Below, piece after piece: positions 28,765-38,809 of a stretch of DNA of 64,000 bases. A program made the translations under genes and the position numbers. The stretch's first letter is position 1. The number at the start of each line of letters is the position of its first letter. The stretch is from Candidatus Aminicenantales bacterium (GTDB taxonomy: Bacteria > Acidobacteriota > Aminicenantia > Aminicenantales > Saccharicenantaceae), in contig JBEKXF010000003.1 in NCBI GenBank assembly GCA_049512315.1, forward strand, positions 62,001-126,000. The letters are read 5' to 3'. Below the pieces are notes generated by a model. The model was not told the origin of the DNA. It ran no database searches and saw only the letters and a program-made list of their open reading frames with translations.

Positions 28765-29532
28765 ATGAATGAGCGGCTTTCGCCCTACGACGCCCCCGAA
28801 CTTTATGACCTGATGTTCGAGGGACTGGACTTCGATATCCCTTTCTGGCTTGAAACGGGCCGGAAGGCTGGAGGACCGGTCCTCGACGTCGGTTGCGGGA
28901 CCGGCCGGGTGCTCCTCCCGCTCCTCGAAGCGGGCGTGGACGCCGACGGGGTCGACCTCTATGAGCCCATGCTCGAGCGGGCCAGGCAGAAGGCCGCCGC
29001 CAGGGGATTTCGTCCCCGGCTCGCCGTTTCGAACATGCGCGATTTTTCCCTGCCGCGCCGGTATGCCCGGGTCATCCTGGCCTTCAACACGTTCGCCCAC
29101 GCCGATACCACGGAAGCCCAGCTTTCGACGCTCCGCAGCTGTCATGGCCATCTTCAGCCGGGAGGGGCCGCCGTGCTTCACATGTCCTATCCCGGCCCCC
29201 GCTATTGGGCCGAGCCCGACGGCGAGCCGGTCATGGAGATCGAAACCGTGCGGGCCGGAGACGGCCATCGGTTCCAGATGTGGGACACCCGCTTCAAGGA
29301 CGTCGTCCGGCAGTCCCAGCGCTCGGAGATCGAGATCCGCGAGCTCGACGCGACGGGCTCCCCGGTGGCCTCCCACCGTTTCCAGGCGACCCAGCGCTGG
29401 GTTTATGGGTTCGAGCTTGAGCTCCTGTTCCGTCTCACGGGCTTCGCCCGGTGGGAGGTTTTCGGCGGGTTCGCCCGGGAACCGCTCGAGCGCGGCGACC
29501 AGCAGATCATCGCCTGGGCCTGGAAGGCTTGA
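28765..29532 (+). CDS. Class I SAM-dependent methyltransferase
   Basis: VLDVGCGTGR motif I, GVDL..PML and HLQPGG. Confidence 0.92.
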   Translation: MNERLSPYDAPELYDLMFEGLDFDIPFWLETGRKAGGPVLDVGCGTGRVLLPLLEAGVDADGVDLYEPMLERARQKAAARGFRPRLAVSNMRDFSLPRRYARVILAFNTFAHADTTEAQLSTLRSCHGHLQPGGAAVLHMSYPGPRYWAEPDGEPVMEIETVRAGDGHRFQMWDTRFKDVVRQSQRSEIEIRELDATGSPVASHRFQATQRWVYGFELELLFRLTGFARWEVFGGFAREPLERGDQQIIAWAWKA

Positions 29533-29586
29533 CGCCCCGCCGTCTTCGGGCGGAGATGAGGCCAGCCGCACGACTCCCGAGTGTTT

Positions 29587-29616
29587 TTGACACCCCGATT
29601 TCTCCTGTGTTATAAG
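29587..29616 (+). promoter_or_regulatory. Sigma70 promoter of the SSS transporter
   Basis: TTGACA-18-TATAAG with extended -10 TG. Confidence 0.7.
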
Positions 29617-29702
29617 GTCAACAGCGGACGAGGGGAGCGGCGATCGGGACCCCTCCAGCCCGCACCGGCCCGCCGCCGGCTTCCCATCGAAAGGAGAACG
29701 AG

Positions 29703-31322
29703 ATGACTCCCGTCATCGCCCTGAACGCCGTCGATTACGCCATCATCGCCGGCTACATCCTGGTCATGATCCTCGTCGGCTACTCCCTCAAGAAATACAT
29801 GAAGACCGGGGAGGACTTTTTCCTCTCCGGACGGTCGCTCCCCGGCTGGATCACGGGCCTGGCCTTCCTCTCGGCTAACCTGGGCGCCCTGGAGGTCATC
29901 GGCATGGTGGCCAACTCGGCGAAATACGGCATCGCCACGGTCCATTTTTACTGGGTCGGGGCCATCCCGGCCATGGTCTTCCTGGGGATCTTCATGATGC
30001 CCTTCTATTACGGGAGCAGGGTCAGGACCGTCCCCGAATACCTCAAGCTCCGCTACAACGAGGCCACCCGCGGGCTGAACGCCATCTCCTTCGCCATCAT
30101 GACCGTCCTGATGAGCGGCATCAGCCTCTACGCCATGGCCCTCCTCTTCAAGCTCATGCTCGGCTGGTCGCTCACCGGGAGCATCCTCTTCGCCGCCGTC
30201 GTCGTCCTTCTCTATGTCTTCTGGGGCGGCTTGTCGTCCTCGATCTACAACGAGGTCATCCAGTTCTTCCTCATCTGGCTCGGACTTCTGCCCATCGTCT
30301 TCCTCGGCCTGAAGGAAGTGGGCGGATTCGCCGGGTTCGTGGCCAAACTCAAGGAACCCCTTCTCCACTCTATGAAGTTCCTCGGCACGAGCAACAATCC
30401 CCTCGGAGTCGACTGGTTCGGCGTCGTCTTCGGGCTGGGCTTCGTCCTCTCGTTCGGGTATTGGACGACGGACTTCCTGGTCGTGCAAAGGGCCCTGGCC
30501 TCGAAAAACATCAATTCGGCCCGGATGACGCCCATCATCGCCTCCTTCCCCAAGATGCTTGTCCCGATCATCGTCGTCATCCCTGGCCTGGTCGCCCTCC
30601 TCGTCCTCCCCGAATTCAGCCAGAGCGCCCTGCCGTCGACGGAATACAATTCCGCGCTCATCCTGCTCATGAAGCATTACCTGCCGAACGGACTCCTGGG
30701 GCTGGCCATCACGGCCCTGCTCGCAAGTTTCATGTCCGGCATGGCCGGGAACGTCACGGCCTTCAACACGATCTGGACCTACGACATCTACGGAAGCTAT
30801 ATCAGGAAGGGAAAGCCCGACGCCCACTACCTGAGGATGGGAAAATACGCGACCGTCTTCGGAGTCGCAATCAGCATCGGGACGGCCTACATCGTCCAGT
30901 CCTTCCCGAACCTGATGGACTACATGCAGCTCGTCTTCAGCTTCTTCAACGCGCCGCTTTTCGCCACCTTCCTCCTCGGGATGTTCTGGCGCGGGGCCAC
31001 GGGCTGGGGCGGGTTCTTCGGCTTGCTCTTCGGCATCCTCACGGCCGCCGGACACTACATCCTCTACAAGCTCGGTGTCCTCCATTACGCGAGCGACATG
31101 GCGGCCAACTTCTACCAGGCCTGGTGGGCCTGGCTGACAGACTTCGTCGTGACGATCGGGGTCAGCGTCTTCACCCGGAAGCGGAACCCGGCCGAGCTCG
31201 TCGGTCTCGTCTTCGGGTTGACGCCGAGGACCAAAGCGGCGGTGCGCTGGCTCGCCCGGCCGGAGGTCTGGGGGACGCTGGCGATCGTGCTCGCCGTCCT
31301 CCTGAACCTCCTCTTCTGGTAG
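29703..31322 (+). CDS. Sodium:solute symporter (SSS) family protein
   Basis: [31 protein letters not shown] and LASFMS motifs; about 14 TM segments; AAGGAG RBS. Confidence 0.95.
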   Translation: MTPVIALNAVDYAIIAGYILVMILVGYSLKKYMKTGEDFFLSGRSLPGWITGLAFLSANLGALEVIGMVANSAKYGIATVHFYWVGAIPAMVFLGIFMMPFYYGSRVRTVPEYLKLRYNEATRGLNAISFAIMTVLMSGISLYAMALLFKLMLGWSLTGSILFAAVVVLLYVFWGGLSSSIYNEVIQFFLIWLGLLPIVFLGLKEVGGFAGFVAKLKEPLLHSMKFLGTSNNPLGVDWFGVVFGLGFVLSFGYWTTDFLVVQRALASKNINSARMTPIIASFPKMLVPIIVVIPGLVALLVLPEFSQSALPSTEYNSALILLMKHYLPNGLLGLAITALLASFMSGMAGNVTAFNTIWTYDIYGSYIRKGKPDAHYLRMGKYATVFGVAISIGTAYIVQSFPNLMDYMQLVFSFFNAPLFATFLLGMFWRGATGWGGFFGLLFGILTAAGHYILYKLGVLHYASDMAANFYQAWWAWLTDFVVTIGVSVFTRKRNPAELVGLVFGLTPRTKAAVRWLARPEVWGTLAIVLAVLLNLLFW

Positions 31323-31351
31323 ACGGGCCGGCAGCCATAAAGGAGTGAACG

Positions 31352-31606
31352 ATGGACGAGAAGATCGAGATCAAAGAACAAGAGACGGGGATGAGCAAGG
31401 GGCATGTCCTGGACCTCAAGCTCCCGATCGGCTGGCTGCTCAGCGCCTACGGCGTCCTGCTCGGGGTCTATGGCCTGATCACGAAGAAAGAGATGTACCA
31501 GAAATCCCTCGGCTTCAACCTCAACCTGGTTTGGGGGGTCCTGATGCTCATCATCGGCGGCGGCTTCCTGCTGACCGCATTCTTGAAAAGAAGGGCGAAG
31601 GGGTAA
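31352..31606 (+). CDS. Small 2-TM membrane protein downstream of the SSS gene
   Basis: AAGGAG RBS; LDLKLPIG and NLNLVWG flank two hydrophobic helices. Confidence 0.75.
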   Translation: MDEKIEIKEQETGMSKGHVLDLKLPIGWLLSAYGVLLGVYGLITKKEMYQKSLGFNLNLVWGVLMLIIGGGFLLTAFLKRRAKG

Positions 31607-31691
31607 TTCCGGCGGGCCCGGGTCAGCACCTTAACTTTTCTCAGCCCGGGGAGGTAAAATAGACAAAGACAACTCGAGGAGGACGATCGCC

Positions 31692-32924
31692 ATGAAGAAA
31701 ATAGCCTTCGTCATCGCCGCCGCTATTTTCGCCGTCGCGCTGATATCCGGTCAGGCCCCTTCCCCAAAGGTCATCCCCAATGACCCCTTCTTCAAATATC
31801 AGGTCAGCCTGCTGAATCCCGGCGGGCAGATCCCGATCGAGCGGACCTCGAGCAAGGCGTCGCCGGTCACGCTCGACGCGGCGGCCGGGATCGACCCGGA
31901 AATCACGCGGGCCTGGACGATCTCGACCGGCAGCAGGAAGGTCGTGGTCGCTGTCCTCGACGACGGTTTCTTCTACAATCATGAAGACCTGACCGGCAAC
32001 ATCTGGACGAATCCCGGCGAGTCCGGACCGGACGCCACCGGCCACCCCAAGGAGACCAACGGCATCGACGATGATGGGAACGGATATGTCGACGATGTCA
32101 TGGGTTGGGATTTCGCCTTCGACGATCCCGACCCGGACTGTTACGTCTTCGACGGCATGCGGAAGGACCGCATCCAGCCTTATTGGCACAGCATCGCCGC
32201 GTTGGGAATCATCGGGGCCCGGGGGAATAACGGGATCGGAGTCGCCGGGATCAACTGGGACGTTTCCATGATGCTCCTCAAGATCGGGGCCCAGGGCATC
32301 GGGCGGGACGAGAAGGACACCGCCCGGCCCGGCCGGGCCGCCAAGGCCATCCGCTACGCCGCGGACAACGGCGCCCGGGTCATCAATTGGAGCGGCTCCG
32401 TCAGCGACCTGACGCCGGAGGCGCTGGCCGAATTGAAGGCGGCCCTCGAGTACGCCGGAAGGAAAAACGTCCTTCTCGTCGTGGGCGCCGGAAACAACAG
32501 CCTGAACATCGACCGCCCGGAGAACTTTACTTACCCGGCCTGCTTCCCTCTCGACAACATCCTGACCGTGGCCATGATCGATTTCAAGGGCGGGCTCGTC
32601 CGCTACCAGGCCGGCGACCGCTGGCTTGGGTCGAACTATGGGGTGCAGAACGTCGACATCGCCGCCCTGGACGAGAATTTCGCGACGGACGTCAAGAACG
32701 GCCGAAGCACCTACCGACTCGGAGCGGGCACGTCCTGCTCGGGGCCGGTGGTCGCGGGGATCGCGGTCCTGACGCTCTCGGTCAAGCCCGACTTGAGCGC
32801 GACGGCTTTGAAGAAGCTCCTCATGGAGACGGCGACGCGTCTCCCAGGGCTCGAGGGCAAGGTTGCCTGCGGCGGGATGGTCAACGCCTATAAGGCTCTG
32901 CTGGCCGCCCGCTCCTTCCAATAG
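31692..32924 (+). CDS. S8 family (subtilisin-like) serine peptidase
   Basis: Signal peptide; VAVLDDG (Asp), DDDGNGYVDD, His in YWHSIAALG, GAGN oxyanion Asn and GTS (Ser). Confidence 0.88.
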   Translation: MKKIAFVIAAAIFAVALISGQAPSPKVIPNDPFFKYQVSLLNPGGQIPIERTSSKASPVTLDAAAGIDPEITRAWTISTGSRKVVVAVLDDGFFYNHEDLTGNIWTNPGESGPDATGHPKETNGIDDDGNGYVDDVMGWDFAFDDPDPDCYVFDGMRKDRIQPYWHSIAALGIIGARGNNGIGVAGINWDVSMMLLKIGAQGIGRDEKDTARPGRAAKAIRYAADNGARVINWSGSVSDLTPEALAELKAALEYAGRKNVLLVVGAGNNSLNIDRPENFTYPACFPLDNILTVAMIDFKGGLVRYQAGDRWLGSNYGVQNVDIAALDENFATDVKNGRSTYRLGAGTSCSGPVVAGIAVLTLSVKPDLSATALKKLLMETATRLPGLEGKVACGGMVNAYKALLAARSFQ

Positions 32925-32949
32925 CGCAGGGCGCGCGCACCGCCGGCTG

Positions 32950-32978
32950 TTGACAGACACCCTCCTCATCGATAATCT
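32950..32978 (+). promoter_or_regulatory. Putative sigma70 promoter of the fucosidase gene
   Basis: TTGACA-17-TAATCT followed by an AT-rich tract. Confidence 0.55.
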
Positions 32979-33104
32979 ATGGGGTCGGGCCACGAAATCG
33001 TATTGATAATAAATAAATTAGCATTATTTTTCGCCCCATTTTCGGCCTTAAGTCGCGCTTTTCAGGCCCGAAAATGAAGACTTAAGAGAAGGAGTGAGGC
33101 CGAC

Positions 33105-34841
33105 ATGAAAAATCGATTCTTTCCCGCCGCCTTTATTGTTTTTCTAGCTTTTCTCCTCACGGGCGCCCCGCCGGGCATTTCCGCTTCGCAAAAGGACGCA
33201 GGCAAGCCCGACAAGACCCAGTGGTTCCGGGACGCCAAGTTCGGGCTCTTCATCCACTGGGGCGTCTATTCCATGATCGGCCGCGAGGAGTGGGCCCGCC
33301 AGCTCCTCCAGATCCCCCTCGCCGAATATCAGTATTACGCCGACAACTTCAATCCGGTCGACTTCAATCCCGCGGAATGGGCCGCCCTGGCCAAGAACGC
33401 CGGCGTCCGCTACATCATCATCACCTCGAAGCACCACGACGGCTTCTGCATGTTCGACAGCGCCTACACCGATTACGATATCGGCCACGCCAAGTACGGT
33501 AAGGACATCCTCGGCATGCTCTCGGCGGCCTGCAAGACGGCCGGCGTGCCGCTCGGCTTCTACTACTCGATCATGGACTGGCATCATCCTGATTACCTCC
33601 CGCGCCGCGAATGGGAGAAAGACCGCTCGACCAAGGGCGCCAGCCTCAACCGCTACATGGATTACGCCATGAACCAGGTCAAGGAGCTCGTAACGCGCTA
33701 CGACCCGGCGGTCCTCTGGTTCGACGGGCAGTGGGAGCATACGGCGGAAGAGCAGCGCACCGGCGAGATCGAAAAGATGCTTCTCGGCCTCAAGCCCTCG
33801 ATCCTCATCAACGACCGTCTCCCGGGCCGCGGCGATTTCGGAACACCGGAGAACTACGTCCCGGCGACGGGCATCCGCAACCCCGACGGCACGCCGCGCC
33901 TGTGGGAGGCCTGCTACACCATGAACTGGAACGGCTGGGGCTACAACCGCTACGAGACCGAGTTCCACAGCGCGAGCCAGCTTATCCGCCAGCTCATCGA
34001 GATCGTGAGCAAGGGGGGAAACCTCCTCCTCAACATCGGCCCGCAGCCGAACGGCAAGATCCCGGCCGAGTTCGTCGACCGCCTCGAGCGGATGGGCATG
34101 TGGCTCAAGCTGAACGGCGAAGCGATCTACGGCACGACGGCCAGCGTCTTCGAGCGGCTCCCCTTCTTCGGCCGGTGCACGGTCAAGGGCACAACGCTCT
34201 ATCTCCACGTCATGGGCTGGCCTCAGGACGGGAAGATCCGCCTGCCCGGGCTCAAGACCGACGTGAAGAAAGCGTACCTGTTGGCGGCGAAGGATAAGTC
34301 GCTCGTGTTCAGGCGCTCGGGGAAGGATGTGGTCGTGACGCTGCCGCAGCGCGCTGTCGACCCTGACGCGACGGTCGTCGCCGTCGAGCTAGCCGGGCCG
34401 CCCCAGGTCGAGCCCTACGTGATCGGGCCAGCCGCGAACGGGCGCGTCAACCTCCCCGTCCACCTGGCCGAGATCAAGGCCGAGATGGGCCAGCGCGCCT
34501 TCCTCGATCATTTCTACAGGACGACCATGCTGGCCAACTGGCAGAGTGTCAGCGACTATCCGGAATGGCAATTCCAGACGTTCACTCCTGGCACCTACGA
34601 AATCCAAATCTCCTACGCCAGCGTCGCGGGCGGCAAGGCCGCGTACGAGGTCGAGGTCGACGGGCAGACTATCGACGCGCTCACCGAGCCCTCGCCGAGC
34701 GGCTATTTCCCGAAGATGTTCAGCTTGGGGAAGGTCACGCTCAAGGCGGGGTCGCACACGCTCCTCGTCAAGATCAAATCGATCATCTACAACCACGCCA
34801 TGAACCTGGAGAAGGTCGTTCTTGTTCCGGCGGCGAAATAA
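33105..34841 (+). CDS. Alpha-L-fucosidase (GH29) with a C-terminal CBM-like beta-sandwich
   Basis: Signal peptide; WFRDAKFGLFIHWG, SKHHDGF, LWFDG and GGNLLLNIGP motifs. Confidence 0.93.
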   Translation: MKNRFFPAAFIVFLAFLLTGAPPGISASQKDAGKPDKTQWFRDAKFGLFIHWGVYSMIGREEWARQLLQIPLAEYQYYADNFNPVDFNPAEWAALAKNAGVRYIIITSKHHDGFCMFDSAYTDYDIGHAKYGKDILGMLSAACKTAGVPLGFYYSIMDWHHPDYLPRREWEKDRSTKGASLNRYMDYAMNQVKELVTRYDPAVLWFDGQWEHTAEEQRTGEIEKMLLGLKPSILINDRLPGRGDFGTPENYVPATGIRNPDGTPRLWEACYTMNWNGWGYNRYETEFHSASQLIRQLIEIVSKGGNLLLNIGPQPNGKIPAEFVDRLERMGMWLKLNGEAIYGTTASVFERLPFFGRCTVKGTTLYLHVMGWPQDGKIRLPGLKTDVKKAYLLAAKDKSLVFRRSGKDVVVTLPQRAVDPDATVVAVELAGPPQVEPYVIGPAANGRVNLPVHLAEIKAEMGQRAFLDHFYRTTMLANWQSVSDYPEWQFQTFTPGTYEIQISYASVAGGKAAYEVEVDGQTIDALTEPSPSGYFPKMFSLGKVTLKAGSHTLLVKIKSIIYNHAMNLEKVVLVPAAK

Positions 34842-34868
34842 CCGGCTTTCCAGGCTGAGCCCAGCCGG

Positions 34869-35969
34869 TCATTTTGCGATATCGAGGAGCTCGATCTCGT
34901 AGACGAGGAGCATGTCCGGGGAGATGACGAAGCGCTTTTCGTTGGGGCGCTGCTTGGCATAGAAGCCGCTCGTCTTGTATCCCAGCGCGGCCGGGACGAT
35001 CGCCAGCCGCTTCCCCCCTTTCTTCATGAGGGCGAGGATGGCGTCCACTCCGGGATTGACCTTGGTTTTCCCCAATTCAAAGTCGAATGGCGTGGGTGTT
35101 TCTCCCCAGTACGGCTTGCCTTCTTCTGCCGTACTGACGAACGTCTTGCCGCTGAGCAGGCACCGGCCTGAATACTGGACTCGGAGCTTTTCGCCCGCGG
35201 CGGGCGGCTTGCCTATGCCCTCTTGGAGGACGATGTATCTCACCCCGTTTTCGAGGGAGGCCGCGTTAGGCCAACTCTGTTGGATGGCAGCATCCTCCTC
35301 ATGCTTCTTCCTTGCGTCGGCGTCGGCGACCCGGACCCTGGCCACCTCGACCATCTCCTTGAACGACTCTGTCGTCGGACGAAAGGCCTTCGCCGCCTTA
35401 CCGATCCTGATGATCCTCACGCTTTGGACTTCGTCACCCTGGACGATCTTGAAGACGACGTCCGTCCCCTCAACCACGTGACCGAAGACCGTGTAATCGC
35501 CATCGAGATAGGAGCGGTCGCCGAGCGTGATGCACCACTGGCTGCCGTTCGTGTGGGGGCCGCCATCGGCCATGTTGACCATCCCCGCCCGGCCGTGGTT
35601 GAGGTCCGGCAGGACGATTTCATTGGGAAACTCGTAGCCGGGACCGCCGTCAGAGCCAGCCTTCGCGCTCTTCGGGATGCCGCACTGGATAACGTGTCCG
35701 GCGACAACGCGGTGCCATCTCGTCCCGTTGAAATAGGGCCGTCCGTGCGGGAAGGCCGCGTTATCGATCGTGCCCTCGGCCAGGCCGACGAAGTTCGCCA
35801 CCGTCATCGGTGTCTTCTCGAATTCGAGTTGGAGGACGATCAGCCCCTTGTTGGTCAGGACCTCGGCGTAAAGCCCCTCGGGATATTTTGGCTTTGCGCA
35901 GGCAGCGAGGAAAAGGACCGAAGCGGCAAGGAAAAGCATGGCAAGGCGGACGTGGTGGATGCGGCGCAT
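34869..35969 (-). CDS. Dual-domain cyclophilin + FKBP peptidyl-prolyl isomerase, lipoprotein
   Basis: Lipobox LAAC; PMTVANFVGLAEG, HRV, TNGSQ and TVFG (cyclophilin); VQYSG, IVPAALGY and LLVYEIEL (FKBP); GGAGG RBS. Confidence 0.9.
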   Translation of the reverse strand: MRRIHHVRLAMLFLAASVLFLAACAKPKYPEGLYAEVLTNKGLIVLQLEFEKTPMTVANFVGLAEGTIDNAAFPHGRPYFNGTRWHRVVAGHVIQCGIPKSAKAGSDGGPGYEFPNEIVLPDLNHGRAGMVNMADGGPHTNGSQWCITLGDRSYLDGDYTVFGHVVEGTDVVFKIVQGDEVQSVRIIRIGKAAKAFRPTTESFKEMVEVARVRVADADARKKHEEDAAIQQSWPNAASLENGVRYIVLQEGIGKPPAAGEKLRVQYSGRCLLSGKTFVSTAEEGKPYWGETPTPFDFELGKTKVNPGVDAILALMKKGGKRLAIVPAALGYKTSGFYAKQRPNEKRFVISPDMLLVYEIELLDIAK

Positions 35970-36054
35970 ATCTGACCTCCTTGAGATCCTCGGCATGAGC
36001 TGATGCTCCTTTTATACTTCCGCCGGGGCGTTTAATAAAGGCGGAATGGCGCTG

Positions 36055-36106
36055 TTGATATCGGCGGGCGGCTCCTGTAGAATATCAATTACTACTAATA
36101 TAGTAA
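36055..36106 (+). promoter_or_regulatory. Promoter plus downstream palindrome
   Basis: TTGATA-17-TAGAAT, then a TTACTA-N6-TAGTAA inverted repeat at 36089-36106. Confidence 0.55.
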
Positions 36107-36117
36107 GAATTAGGTTG

Positions 36118-38190
36118 ATGAACCGTCTGAGCAAAGAGAAAAGTCCCTACCTGCGGCAGCACGCGGATAATCCCGTGGACTGGTATCCTTGGGGCGACGA
36201 GGTTTTCGAGCGGGCGGGCCTTGAAGACAAGCCCGTCTTCCTCTCCATCGGCTATTCGACCTGCCACTGGTGTCACGTCATGGAGAGGGAGTCTTTCGCC
36301 GATGAGGAGGTTGCCCGGCTCCTGAACGGGACGTTCGTCTGCGTCAAAGTGGACCGGGAGGAGCGCCCCGACCTCGACCAGTACTTCATGAGCGTCGGCC
36401 AGGCTCTGAGGGGCGCGGGCGGCTGGCCCCTGACCATCGTGATGACCCCTGATAAGAAGCCTTTCTTCGCCGGGACCTATTTCCCGAAGGAGAGACGCTG
36501 GGGACGCCCCGGGCTGATGGACCTTGTCCCACGGATCGGGGAGGCCTGGCGGACACGGCGGGATGAAATCCTACGTTCGGCCGACGGGATCATCGAAGCG
36601 GTCCGCGTGGCCCAGTCGCGGGCGGATACCCCGGCCCCCGGCCGGCGTGAGCTCACGCCCAAAGTTTTCGACCAGGCGTTTCACGATTTCGAGGCGGATT
36701 TCGACGCGAAACACGGCGGCTTCGGGAGCGCGCCGAAATTTCCCACCCCACACAATCTGGCATTTCTTTTGAGATACTGGAAGCGGACGGGGAACGCGGC
36801 GGCCCTGGCCATGGCCGAAGGAACTCTTCAGGCTATGCGATGCGGCGGCATCCGGGACCACGTCGGTTCCGGCTTCCACCGCTATTCGACCGACGCCGCC
36901 TGGCTGGTCCCTCATTTCGAGAAGATGCTTTACGACCAGGCCCTGCTGGCCGAGGTCTACGCGGAGGCTTTTCTGGCGACGGCGAAGCCGGAATACAGGG
37001 AGACTTCGGCTGAGACCCTCGAGTACGTCCTCCGCGACCTGACCTCGCCGGAGGGAGGATTCTACACGGCCGAGGACGCCGATTCGGAAGGCGAAGAGGG
37101 GCGGTTCTATCTCTGGACGGAGGAGGAGATCCGAAACGTCCTGGATGATCAGGAGGCCGGTCTTGCCATCGAGGTTTTCAACGTCCGGCCGGAAGGAAAC
37201 TTCGCCGAACCGGGGGGGCGCCCGGACGGGCGGAACATTCTCCATCTGAACCGGACGGAAGGGTCCGGGAAAACATTGAAGGCCATCCGCGACAGGCTCT
37301 TTCTCGCCCGGCAAAGAAGGATCCATCCGTTCAAAGACACGAAGATCCTGGCCGACTGGAACGGGCTCGCGATCGGCGCCTTCGCCCGCGCCGCCCGGGC
37401 CACCGATAACGCCCGGTTCCTCAAAGCCGCGGAAAGAGCGGCCCGGTTCATCCTCGAAAAGAGGCGCGGCCCGGGCGGACGGCTGTTCCATGCCTTCATC
37501 GAGGGAGAGGTCCGCGTCCCGGCTTTCCTCGACGATTACGCCTTCCTCATCAGGGGCCTCGTCGAGCTTTACCAGGCTGGATTCGATCCATGTTATCTTG
37601 AAAGCGCCCTCGACCTCGCAGGGGTCGCCCTGGCTGATTTCGCGGACCAGAAGGAAGGCGGATTTTTCGCCGTTCCCCCAGATTCCGAGCTTCCCGTCCG
37701 GACGAAGGGATCCTACGACGGCGCCGTCCCTTCCGGGAATTCGGCTATGCTGATGAACCTCCTCCGCCTGGCGCGACTGACCGGACGTCATGATCTGGAA
37801 GAAGCCGCGGGCCGCACGGCCGCAGCCTTCGCGGACCAGGTCGGCGCGCAGCCACGCGTTCACGCCGAGTTCCTCCGCGGATTGGATTATGCCTTCGGGC
37901 CTGCCGCGGAGATTGTGGTCGTCGGGCAGGCCGAGGAGAAGAGGGCCAGGGCCCTCCTAGCAGCGCTCAACAAGGCCTATCTCCCGAACGCGGTTGTTCT
38001 CTTCAAGCCTGCGGGAGAGGACGCGTCCCGGATCGAAAAGCTTGCTCAATTCACAAAGGGCATGTGTGAGGTCGATGGCGCAGCCGCCGCCTACGTCTGC
38101 ACGGGCGGACGCTGCCTCAAGCCTGTCGTTACCGCCGAAGAGCTTTCTCAAATTCTCGTCGAGGGCAGCTTGGACCGGCCCGGACGGTAG
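36118..38190 (+). CDS. Thioredoxin-domain protein, YyaL/SSP411 (DUF255) family
   Basis: [41 protein letters not shown] and K...DWNGL motifs. Confidence 0.95.
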   Translation: MNRLSKEKSPYLRQHADNPVDWYPWGDEVFERAGLEDKPVFLSIGYSTCHWCHVMERESFADEEVARLLNGTFVCVKVDREERPDLDQYFMSVGQALRGAGGWPLTIVMTPDKKPFFAGTYFPKERRWGRPGLMDLVPRIGEAWRTRRDEILRSADGIIEAVRVAQSRADTPAPGRRELTPKVFDQAFHDFEADFDAKHGGFGSAPKFPTPHNLAFLLRYWKRTGNAAALAMAEGTLQAMRCGGIRDHVGSGFHRYSTDAAWLVPHFEKMLYDQALLAEVYAEAFLATAKPEYRETSAETLEYVLRDLTSPEGGFYTAEDADSEGEEGRFYLWTEEEIRNVLDDQEAGLAIEVFNVRPEGNFAEPGGRPDGRNILHLNRTEGSGKTLKAIRDRLFLARQRRIHPFKDTKILADWNGLAIGAFARAARATDNARFLKAAERAARFILEKRRGPGGRLFHAFIEGEVRVPAFLDDYAFLIRGLVELYQAGFDPCYLESALDLAGVALADFADQKEGGFFAVPPDSELPVRTKGSYDGAVPSGNSAMLMNLLRLARLTGRHDLEEAAGRTAAAFADQVGAQPRVHAEFLRGLDYAFGPAAEIVVVGQAEEKRARALLAALNKAYLPNAVVLFKPAGEDASRIEKLAQFTKGMCEVDGAAAAYVCTGGRCLKPVVTAEELSQILVEGSLDRPGR

Positions 38191-38239
38191 AAAAAACGAC
38201 GAGCTTTTACCTCATCTGATAATTCGGTAATAACAGGTT

Positions 38240-38779
38240 TCAATTTCCGGCCGGCTGAAGGGTTTTTTTGATCAGGGTCAGATCATAGCCCTTGGCCGCG
38301 ATCAGCTTGAGGAGTTCGTCGTAGAGGGCGTCGTCCATCCGCGGCGTCCGGCTCAGGATCCAGAGATATTTCCGGTTCGGGTGGCCAACGATGGCCCATT
38401 GATAATCCGCGTCGAGCCCGATGACCCAATAGGCTCCGGAAAAGGGCCAGAAGAAGCGGACCCTGAGCTTGGCGTTGGTCTTCTTGTCCACGACCCAGGC
38501 CTTGCCATGGATGGCCCGAATCTTGCCGTCGAGCGTCCCCTGCCGGCAGGTGTTGATGACCTCGATGTCCCCGTCCTTCCGGAGCGAGTATTGGGCCGTG
38601 ACGCCGACGCAGCCCTTTTGAAAGCGCTGGGGGATGGTCGCGATCTCATACCAGGTCCCGAGGTATTTCTGGACATCGACGAACGGGACGATCTCGAGGG
38701 GCTTGGTCTCGGCAACGGCACGGCCGGCCGCGGCAACCCCGCCGAGAATCAAGAAGCCCAGAATAATGCCGATCTTCAT
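38240..38779 (-). CDS. blc: Lipocalin (Blc-like)
   Basis: YLGTWYEIA, LRVRFFWPF, YWVIGLDADY and YLWILSRTP lipocalin motifs; signal peptide. Confidence 0.9.
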   Translation of the reverse strand: MKIGIILGFLILGGVAAAGRAVAETKPLEIVPFVDVQKYLGTWYEIATIPQRFQKGCVGVTAQYSLRKDGDIEVINTCRQGTLDGKIRAIHGKAWVVDKKTNAKLRVRFFWPFSGAYWVIGLDADYQWAIVGHPNRKYLWILSRTPRMDDALYDELLKLIAAKGYDLTLIKKTLQPAGN

Positions 38780-38809
38780 GCGTTTCCTCCGCTGATTTCG
38801 ATGGCGCTC

